Assembly (NCBI GenBank): GCA_963666565.1
Contig: OY762911.1
Span: 3,744,001-3,808,000, forward strand
DNA: 64,000 nt
Direction of reading: 5' to 3'
Source of the DNA: Thermoanaerobaculia bacterium
GTDB taxonomy: Bacteria; Acidobacteriota; Thermoanaerobaculia; Multivoradales; Multivoraceae
Of the stretch, positions 51,912 through 59,003 are shown one piece after another (the first letter of the stretch is position 1; each line of letters opens with the position of its first letter). The notes under the pieces were generated by a model. The model did no database searches. It was not told the DNA's origin and saw nothing but the letters and a program-made list of their open reading frames with translations. The position numbers were made by a program, and so were the translations under genes.

Positions 51912-52393
51912 ACGGGAATGCCGTACTGGGCGCGGTGAATCAGTTCGAGCACATGGCGCGCGCCGGCGGAACTGGAACACGCGACGTCGAGCGCTCTCTG
52001 GCCTTCCAGCAGAGGATGGCGCGCCGTGAGGTAGGCCATGATCCCCTCCCTGTCCCCCCTGTACGAGCGGCTGAGGGCCTCGACGATGCGGCTGAGCTCG
52101 TAGAGCCGCTCGCTCATCTCTCTCGACAGCGGCTTGTCCCCGTTGCGGGCCCGTCGCAGCGTGGCCTCGGGGATCACGGGTCCGACGACGTTCGCACGGC
52201 CGAGAATCTCCATCAGCACGGTCGCCGCGTCGGGATGCAGGCCGCCGCCGACTCGGCGGGCGAGCTCCAGGTCGCTCAAGACGGCGGCATCCTCGATCCC
52301 GAGCAGATCCCCCAGGCGGGCAGCCTCGGTGGTCGGCGCCTCGGCCCGGTTCGCGTAGCCCGCGAGGACGGCAGCGGCATCGTTCTTCGTCAT
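51908..52393 (-). CDS. Xre/MbcA/ParS-type antitoxin
   Basis: IPEATLRR...LSREMSERL, HPLLEGQRALD and GARHVLELI; lies directly upstream of the RES toxin. Confidence 0.85.
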   Translation of the reverse strand: MTKNDAAAVLAGYANRAEAPTTEAARLGDLLGIEDAAVLSDLELARRVGGGLHPDAATVLMEILGRANVVGPVIPEATLRRARNGDKPLSREMSERLYELSRIVEALSRSYRGDREGIMAYLTARHPLLEGQRALDVACSSSAGARHVLELIHRAQYGIPV

Positions 52394-52399
52394 TCGACG

Positions 52400-52429
52400 A
52401 CGATACGGCGGTCATTTGACGCTTGTCAA
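52400..52429 (-). promoter_or_regulatory. Toxin-antitoxin promoter with overlapping palindromic operator, probably leaderless
   Basis: Minus-strand TTGACA (52429-52424), 18-nt spacer, TATCGT (52405-52400) and ATG 6 nt later; palindrome TTGAC-GCTT-GTCAA at 52416-52429. Confidence 0.7.
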
Positions 52430-52471
52430 GAGCCGTCTTCGCGCAGGAACTCCGCGAACCCCGGCCGGCGG

Positions 52472-53269
52472 TCAGGACGGAATCGCAACGACGGCCCACA
52501 CGCGCAACGCGCCGCCTGCGGCCTCGTCAACCTGGCCGCCCGTCAAAGCGTACCAGCCGACGAGGCGCCGCACCGCCCCGTCCTGGCTCGCGACCTTCGT
52601 CCGAAGCCGCAGCTCGCCGCAGCGAGCGCCGCCGTCACCTGCCTCCCGCCGCTCCAAGTCGACGTCCGAGAACCCGAGCACGCGCCGGTGCCGGGGAAAC
52701 AGCGCCTTGTAAGCGCTCTCCTTGGCCGAGAACGCGAGCGTGAACATCTCCGCCTCGGTCAGGCTTCCGGCGGCGCCCCGGCGGAGACTCATCTCCCGCT
52801 CGTTCAGCACTCGCGCAGCGAGCCGCCCGGCCTGCTGTGCGGACACGACCCGCTCCACATCGACGCCGAGCCCCGCGTACCGGTCAGCCGCGGCAACGGC
52901 GGCAAAGCCGAAGCCGGCGCCGTGGGAGATCGAGCCGACCACACCCTCAGGCCACCGGGGGACATCGTCGTCGTCGCCGACGATCTCACCCTCCGAAGCG
53001 GCAGGCCCCAGCAACTGCCTCAGCGCGTGCCGGGCGCTGATCCGGCCGGCAAGGTACTCGCGCCGCCGCTTGTCGATGGCGCTTTCGAGGCCGGCAGGCA
53101 GACTGAAGCCGAGTTGTCTGGCTTCCTCGACCAACTCCTCCAGCAGGCCGATCTCGTGCGCGGCGACGCTGATGTCGCGGGGAAGGCTGTCCGCCAGACT
53201 CGGGGGCACTCCCCGGGCCGTGCTCACGCCAGGAAGTAGCGCCGCTGCTCCGGCGTCGGCACGGGACAC
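52472..53269 (-). CDS. 4'-phosphopantetheinyl transferase (EntD-like)
   Basis: KRRREYLAGR, PRWPEGVVGSISH, LGVDVE and FSAKESAYKA. Start uncertain. Confidence 0.9.
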   Translation of the reverse strand: MSRADAGAAALLPGVSTARGVPPSLADSLPRDISVAAHEIGLLEELVEEARQLGFSLPAGLESAIDKRRREYLAGRISARHALRQLLGPAASEGEIVGDDDDVPRWPEGVVGSISHGAGFGFAAVAAADRYAGLGVDVERVVSAQQAGRLAARVLNEREMSLRRGAAGSLTEAEMFTLAFSAKESAYKALFPRHRRVLGFSDVDLERREAGDGGARCGELRLRTKVASQDGAVRRLVGWYALTGGQVDEAAGGALRVWAVVAIPS

Positions 53270-53697
53270 TCGGCCAGCCGGCTACCGACCCGCCGGCGAT
53301 TCCGCGCCAACAAGCGGTAGCCCCAGTCCAGAACGGACCTTGGCACCACCCGCGACAGCAGGGCGAGCCGGCGCTCCGGGCCATCCAACCGCGCCGCCAA
53401 CCACAGCACGGCCTCGCTACGGACCTTGATCTCGTCCGGGAGGGGCGAATCCGAAGCGGCGTCCGCGTGCGCCGCCGGCAGAATCTGGAGCACCATGCTG
53501 TCCAGCTCCGCCAGATCGGGACGGGCGGCGGTCAGCCGCTCGAACGCCTCGCCGTCCTGGGGCGCGAACCGGACACCGGGCGGTACGCCGCGGGACAGAC
53601 AGCGGGCCACCGACCAGTTGCAGAGCGCGCAGTCGCCGTCGTAGTAGACGATGGCCCTCGGCGGCCGGCGTTCGGCGGACTCGACCATGCCGGCCAT
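53224..53697 (-). CDS. DCC1-like thiol-disulfide oxidoreductase (DUF393)
   Basis: YYDGDCALCN, RFAPQ and DWGYRLLARNR. Confidence 0.85.
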   Translation of the reverse strand: MAGMVESAERRPPRAIVYYDGDCALCNWSVARCLSRGVPPGVRFAPQDGEAFERLTAARPDLAELDSMVLQILPAAHADAASDSPLPDEIKVRSEAVLWLAARLDGPERRLALLSRVVPRSVLDWGYRLLARNRRRVGSRLAECPVPTPEQRRYFLA

Positions 53698-53750
53698 TCC
53701 AGGAGGACTCGCGGGGTCGCCGCCGCAATCGCCGCAGGCCACCGCCGGGC

Positions 53751-54269
53751 CTAGCGGTTGGCCGCCTCGTCCAGCACCCGCAGGAAGGCCCGGCCGCTCA
53801 TCAGGCGCGGCTCGCCGTCGACCATCTCCATCCGCTCCACGTAGGAAGCCGTCTCGCCGTCGGCGCTGTACATGACCAGGGTCGGATAGCCGCGCACGCC
53901 GAACTGCCGGGCCAACTGGCTCTCCTGCCCGCCGGCTTCGGGGTTCAGCCGCACCGCGAGGACCGCGTCCAGGTAACCGTCGACCTCGTCGTCCGTCAGC
54001 AGTTCCCGCTCGAACTGGCGGCAGTACGGGCACCAGTCCGTGTAGATGTAGAGGAACAGCGGCAGGCGGTCGCGCCGCTGCACCTCGAGCGCCGCGGCCA
54101 GCCCCGCGGCCCCTTCATACCAACCCTCGAAGTCGGGACGGCCGGACGGCGCGTCGGCGGCCTCCGCCGGCGCCGCGGCGGAGTGCGCGACCAGGGCGGC
54201 CAAGCCGAACAGAAGGAGCAGCGCGAGCGCTCCCCAACCGATCCGCCGAAGCCCCGGACAACACCTCAT
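53751..54269 (-). CDS. Exported thioredoxin-fold protein
   Basis: Signal peptide, WCPYC and cis-Pro motif GYPT. Confidence 0.85.
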   Translation of the reverse strand: MRCCPGLRRIGWGALALLLLFGLAALVAHSAAAPAEAADAPSGRPDFEGWYEGAAGLAAALEVQRRDRLPLFLYIYTDWCPYCRQFERELLTDDEVDGYLDAVLAVRLNPEAGGQESQLARQFGVRGYPTLVMYSADGETASYVERMEMVDGEPRLMSGRAFLRVLDEAANR

Positions 54270-54285
54270 GGCGTGCTTGAGCGTA

Positions 54286-56013
54286 TCAGCGCGCGGCTGC
54301 CGCTCCGCGCCCCGACCGGGCTCCCGGCAGGAGCGGCGCGGCCCGTCCCATCGCCTCCTCGGCGCGGTCGATGAGCCGGCCGAAACCGGCCCGCGTACGC
54401 GCGCTGACCGCCACCGCGCCGAGTCGGCGGGCCATCAGCCCGGCGCGCTCCTCCGTCACCAGGTCGCACTTGTTCAGCACGACGAGGAGCGGCTTCGAGC
54501 CGAGCGACAGCTCCTCGATCAGCCGCTCCACCGCCTCGACCTTCGCTCGCCACCCCGCGTCGGCGGCGTCGACCACGTGGAGAAGCAGGTCCGCGTCGCC
54601 AAGTTCCTCCAGCGTGGCCCGGAACGCCCGCACGAGATCGGGCGGCAACTCCGCGATGAAGCCGACCGTGTCGGTGATGACGACTTCGCCCTCGCGCGGG
54701 AAGCGGATGCGGCGGCTGGTCGGGTCGAGGGTGACGAAGAGCTTGCCGGCGGTCTCGACCTCGCTGCGGGTCAGCGCGTTGAGCAGGGTGCTCTTGCCCG
54801 CGTTCGTGTAGCCGATCAGGGAGAGCACCGGCACCCGGCGGTCGCGCCGACGGCTGCGGGCCACGTCCCGCTGCCTGGACAGCTTCTCGACCTTCCGCTC
54901 CAGGTTGCGGATGCGGTCGCGGATCCGCCGCCGCCCCACCTCGAGGACGGTTTCGCCGGGCCCGCGGCCGCCGATACCGCCGCTCAGCCTCGACAGGCCC
55001 GCATCCTTCTCCGTCAGCCGCGGCAGGGAGTACCGCAACTGGGCCAGTTCGACCTGGAGCTTGCCGTCGCGGGAACGCGCCCGCTGCGCGAACACGTCGA
55101 GGACGAGCTGGGTGCGGTCGATCGCCTTGAGGCCGGTCGCGTCCTCGAAGGCGCGGGCCTGGGCCGGCTTCAGGTCGATGTCGAAGATCGCCACCTCGGC
55201 GCCGGCGCGCATGCTCTGCAGGACGATGTCGGTCAGCTTGCCGCGGCCGACGACCGTCCGGGGATGGACCCGCGACCGGCGCTGCCGGAGCCTCCCCGCC
55301 ACCTCGACGCCGGCCGAACGGACGAGTTCGACCGTCTCGGCGAAGTGATCGTCCTCCGGCCGCACGCCGATCACCAGCGCCCGCTCCTTCGTCGCTTCGC
55401 GGCCGCGGCGGTAGCGGCCGAACTCGCGCTCGACCTCGCGGATGGTGGCCGCGAAGTCCAGGTCCAGTTCGTAGACCCGGGGCGCCTCGACGCGCAGGAA
55501 GGGGCCGTCCGCGCCGCCGCCGCCAGCGCCGCCGCCACCCTGCCGGGATCCCGACCCGGTCGCGGCCTCCGGCGCGGCCGCGCCCGCCGCCGAGGGCGAA
55601 AGGTACGCGACCTCGATCGCGCCGGCGCCGCCGTCCTCCTCGGCCTGCACCACGGCGACCAGGTCGAGCCGGAGCAGGGCGAGGTCGTTCAGGTCGTCGG
55701 CCGAGAGCGCCTCGCCCCGCAGGTGCGTGTGAACCAGGCGCAGCCGCCGGAAGCGTCCGGGACCGCCCCGCAGCCGCCCGATGTCGGGGATCTCGAGCTG
55801 GCGCGCGTCGCCGACGATCACTTGGCTGACCGCGCCGCCGCGGGTCAGCAGCACGCCGACCTGGCGGCCGATCTCGCGCGAGAGCGCGCACAGGTGGCGC
55901 GCCAGCTCGGTCGAGACGACCTGGTCCGGGTTCACCTTCCGCCGGTAGGTCCGTTCGAGCGCCGCGCGCTGCGCCGGCCGCAGGCCGCGGACATCGCCGT
56001 GGATCGGTCTCAT
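54286..56013 (-). CDS. hflX: Ribosome-splitting GTPase HflX (long form)
   Basis: LQVELAQL, GIGGRGPGE, GYTNAGKST, LFVTLDPT, DTVGFI and NKCD. Confidence 0.95.
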   Translation of the reverse strand: MRPIHGDVRGLRPAQRAALERTYRRKVNPDQVVSTELARHLCALSREIGRQVGVLLTRGGAVSQVIVGDARQLEIPDIGRLRGGPGRFRRLRLVHTHLRGEALSADDLNDLALLRLDLVAVVQAEEDGGAGAIEVAYLSPSAAGAAAPEAATGSGSRQGGGGAGGGGADGPFLRVEAPRVYELDLDFAATIREVEREFGRYRRGREATKERALVIGVRPEDDHFAETVELVRSAGVEVAGRLRQRRSRVHPRTVVGRGKLTDIVLQSMRAGAEVAIFDIDLKPAQARAFEDATGLKAIDRTQLVLDVFAQRARSRDGKLQVELAQLRYSLPRLTEKDAGLSRLSGGIGGRGPGETVLEVGRRRIRDRIRNLERKVEKLSRQRDVARSRRRDRRVPVLSLIGYTNAGKSTLLNALTRSEVETAGKLFVTLDPTSRRIRFPREGEVVITDTVGFIAELPPDLVRAFRATLEELGDADLLLHVVDAADAGWRAKVEAVERLIEELSLGSKPLLVVLNKCDLVTEERAGLMARRLGAVAVSARTRAGFGRLIDRAEEAMGRAAPLLPGARSGRGAAAAR

Positions 56014-56053
56014 GGAGGGCCGGGCGCGGCTGAAAGCCCCAAGTGCAAGAAAC

Positions 56054-56422
56054 TGCTATCCTTGGCCGCGGCGGCGACGCTGGCCTTGATCGGCAGGCGA
56101 CCCGCAACTCGACAGCACGAGTCAGCGCTTGGCTTCAGCCTTACTCCTTCCGACAGTTCGTCCACTCCGAGGCGACGCGCGCGAGATTGCCCGCGTCGCC
56201 CGAGGGCCGCTGAACAGCCCGTGGTGAACCCAAGGCTATACCCGCCGCCTCCGACGACGACCCGGCTCGAGCGCCCGGTCGCGCAGTTCCATCTGCAGCG
56301 AACCCAGGCTCGCCGGCCCGCAGGCTCCCCCCGGGGAGTCGCGCCGCGCCTTGCCGCTCTTGCGGCCGGGGTCGTCCCCACCGATTCAACCGACGGCGCA
56401 GCCGCCGTCACCCGGAGACTTT
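56054..56422 (+). promoter_or_regulatory. Extended -10 promoter and long 5' leader of rne
   Basis: TG-C-TATCCT at 56054-56062, then about 360 nt with no convincing gene before the GGAG-preceded GTG at 56423. Confidence 0.45.
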
Positions 56423-58384
56423 GTGACCCGAAGAATGCTCATCAACGCGCGGAGTTCTACCGAACTCCGCATCGCCATCGCCAACGACCTCGTGCTCGAA
56501 GACCTGAAGGTCGACATCGCCGAGCGGGGGCTGACCCGCGGGAACATCTACTACGGCAAGATCGCGAACATTGAGCCGAGCCTGAACGCCGCGTTCATCG
56601 ACTACGGCGCGCCCAAGCACGGCTTCCTCGCCATCCAGGACGTTGTCCCGGACGCCTACTACCAGGCGGCCCCGAAGTCCAAGCGGCCGAAGATCGAGGA
56701 GGTCCTCGTTCGCGGCCGGCCCATCGTCGTGCAGGTGACCCGCGAGCCGGAGGGCGCCAAGGGCGCGGCGCTGACCACCAACCTCAGCCTGGCCGGGCGC
56801 TACCTCGTGCTCTCGCCGTTCGACAAGACGAGCGGCGTTTCCCGGAAGGTCGACACGGAGGACGTCCGCCTCAAGCTGAAGGCGATGGCGGAGTCGCTGC
56901 CCGTCCCCGACGGCGGCGGCGTAATCGTCCGCACGAACGCGCTGGGGCAAACCAAGACGGCCCTCAGCCGGGACATGAACGCGCTGCTGCGGCTGTGGAA
57001 GCGCATCTCCCGCGACGCGCGCGACTCGAAGGGAACCCGGCTCCTCTACAGCGACCAGGACATCGTCCTGCAGGGGCTGCGCGACTATCTCGACAGCTCG
57101 TTCCAGGAAGTCTGGGTCGACGAGGAAACCGCCTACGGGCGCGCCGAGCAGTACATGCGGGCCTTCATGCCGCGCAGCAAGACGGCCCTCCACCGCTACA
57201 CCGCCCGCAAGCCGCTGTTCTCGGTCTACGACCTCGAGCCCCAGATCCAGAACATCTTCGAGCGCCGCGCCGCGCTGCCCTCGGGCGGCTCCATCGTGAT
57301 CGACCCCACCGAGGCCCTGACGGCGATCGACGTGAACTCGGGGCGCTCGAAGCGGGGAGCGAGCCAGGAGGAGACCGCGGTCGGCACGAACGTCGAGGCC
57401 GCGGCGGAAGTCGGCCGGCAGCTCCGGCTGCGCGACATCGGCGGCCTGATCGTCGTCGACTTCATCGACATGCGCAGCCCCCGCAACCGGCGCAAGGTCG
57501 AGAAGGCGATGAAGGACGCGATGAAGCCGGACAAGGCCCGCTTCACGGTGAGCCGGATCAGCACCAACGGGCTGCTCGAAATCAACCGCCAGCGGATCCA
57601 CCAGGCCCTGCAGATGCGCACCCACGGCGACTGTCCGAGCTGCGGAGGCACCGGCCGCGTCGCCAGCCCGGACCTCATCGCGCTGCGCCTGCTCCGCAAC
57701 ATCGAGTCCCACGGCGCCGGCGGCTACATGCGGGGAGTGCGCATGGCGATGCAGCCGGAAATCGCCGACTTCCTCCAGAACCGTCACCGGGAGGCGCTGG
57801 TCAAGCTCGGGCAGGAGTTCGACCTCGAGATCGAGATCTCGGGACAGCCTCACCTTCACGGCCAGGAGCCGGAGATCAGTTGGATCGCCCGCGACCTGGC
57901 CGACGTCAAGAAGCGCGAGAAGGAAGAGGCGAAGGAGAAGAAGCTGGAGCAGGAGATGCTGGCCACTCCCTCGATCGGCGACACGGAAGAGGAAACGGAA
58001 GCCGAAGCCGCCGCGGCCGAAGAGGCCGCCCCGGAAGGAAAGCCGAAGAAGCGCCGGCGCCGGGGCGGACGGAGACGCCGTTCCGCGGCCGCGCGCAAGG
58101 CGAAGGCGAAGGCCAAGCCCAAGGAGGCGGCGTCCAGGGCGAAGCGCGCGGACGCCGGCGGCAACGGAGCGGGCGCCAAGGCGGACGGCGGCGGTACCGA
58201 GGCGATCAAGGTGCCCGGAATCGACTCCCCCGGCGCCGACGGGGGTGGCGAAGCCGGCGCGGCCAAGGCGGCGTCGAACGGCAAGGGCGCCGCGAAGCCG
58301 GCCAGGCGGCGACGGCGACGGCGGCGGCCGCGGCGGCCGAAGGCCGCGGAAGGCGGCAGCGAGCCACGGGCGGAGCCGGCCTGA
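56423..58384 (+). CDS. rne: Ribonuclease E/G family with Arg/Lys-rich disordered C-terminus
   Basis: MLINA, GNIYYG...AAFIDYG (S1), IDVNSG, LRDIGGLIVVDFIDM and Zn-link CPSCGGTG; acidic and Arg-rich tail segments. Confidence 0.92.
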   Translation: MTRRMLINARSSTELRIAIANDLVLEDLKVDIAERGLTRGNIYYGKIANIEPSLNAAFIDYGAPKHGFLAIQDVVPDAYYQAAPKSKRPKIEEVLVRGRPIVVQVTREPEGAKGAALTTNLSLAGRYLVLSPFDKTSGVSRKVDTEDVRLKLKAMAESLPVPDGGGVIVRTNALGQTKTALSRDMNALLRLWKRISRDARDSKGTRLLYSDQDIVLQGLRDYLDSSFQEVWVDEETAYGRAEQYMRAFMPRSKTALHRYTARKPLFSVYDLEPQIQNIFERRAALPSGGSIVIDPTEALTAIDVNSGRSKRGASQEETAVGTNVEAAAEVGRQLRLRDIGGLIVVDFIDMRSPRNRRKVEKAMKDAMKPDKARFTVSRISTNGLLEINRQRIHQALQMRTHGDCPSCGGTGRVASPDLIALRLLRNIESHGAGGYMRGVRMAMQPEIADFLQNRHREALVKLGQEFDLEIEISGQPHLHGQEPEISWIARDLADVKKREKEEAKEKKLEQEMLATPSIGDTEEETEAEAAAAEEAAPEGKPKKRRRRGGRRRRSAAARKAKAKAKPKEAASRAKRADAGGNGAGAKADGGGTEAIKVPGIDSPGADGGGEAGAAKAASNGKGAAKPARRRRRRRRPRRPKAAEGGSEPRAEPA

Positions 58385-58401
58385 CGGCCGGCGCACACTC
58401 G

Positions 58402-58445
58402 TGGCCGCCTTCGGCGGCAGCGGGTCGGATGACCCGCGCACCCGG
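58402..58445. repeat. REP-like copy (reverse orientation)
   Basis: GGCCGCCTTCGGCGGCAGCGGGTCGGATGACCCGCGCACCCGG just after the rne stop. Confidence 0.85.
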
Positions 58446-58648
58446 CGGCGCACAGGGCGGCGGTGACTCCCAAGCTGCTGAAAACAAGGGGGTTTGACAA
58501 TCCGCGTCGGGTTGAGCAGCATCGACGCCATGTCGTTCCGCGGCGTCACGAGGCGCAGCGGCGGTCCCGGGATCAATCGGGGCGATCCCGCGGCCGGGCG
58601 GGGTGGGACCCGCCGATCAGTGGATGAGCCCGGAAAGGAGGTGGTCTA

Positions 58649-58693
58649 GTGGAGTACTGCAGATGCGGCTTGATGGAGGTGGCGGCTCCCTAG
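58649..58693 (+). CDS. Candidate 14-aa peptide MEYCRCGLMEVAAP
   Basis: GAAAGGAGGTG at 58633-58643 is well spaced before GTG 58649; TAG at 58691. Confidence 0.45.
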   Translation: MEYCRCGLMEVAAP

Positions 58694-58839
58694 GAAACCC
58701 CTGCCAGGCGCAGGACATCTCCTCCGGGAAGCAATCCCGCGCCATCCCATCGGCCAAGAAACCCGCGAGGCGCGTACCGCGCCAAGCGCGACGGCACGCT
58801 CAGCCGAGCCGCGAAGACCGCGGTCCAGGAGCGTCGCCC

Positions 58840-58880
58840 GAGCCCCGAGGAGCGTCAGCCCCTCGGGGCTCTCCTTTCTC
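58840..58880 (+). terminator. 11-bp stem-loop with a pyrimidine-rich tail
   Basis: GAGCCCCGAGG / CCTCGGGGCTC followed by TCCTTTCTC. Confidence 0.6.
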
Positions 58881-59003
58881 GGGGCGCCCGCGCCGCCGGA
58901 CCGGGCCGCGACGCCCGCCCCTTCCCCTGGACGCCCGCTTCCGTAACAATCGCTCACTCGAACACCGGCCCCCGACCACCTTCCCTTCAGGCGGAGACAG
59001 CAG

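Larger units (their letters stand above)
58494..58880 (+). ncRNA. Candidate structured small RNA or small-peptide mRNA of unknown family
   Basis: TTGACA at 58494 with a weak -10 CAGCAT at 58517; nested hairpins 58559-58615; extended SD at 58633; terminal hairpin 58840-58871 with a pyrimidine tail. Confidence 0.45.

Noticed and set aside
51303-52471. Genomic island or prophage around the toxin-antitoxin pair
   Set aside because: No integrase, tRNA, att-like direct repeats or phage genes were seen.
58630-58650. Antisense fragment of a 16S rRNA 3' end
   Set aside because: The match is only about 18 nt with mismatches and has no other rRNA sequence around it; it is better read as an extended SD.
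58520-58880. tmRNA, RNase P RNA, SRP RNA or Moco riboswitch
   Set aside because: I did not see tRNA-like ends, the GAGGAAAGUCC motif, the SRP loop motif, or the GCCUCCC strand that precedes the SD in Moco RNAs. A formal Rfam scan is still needed.
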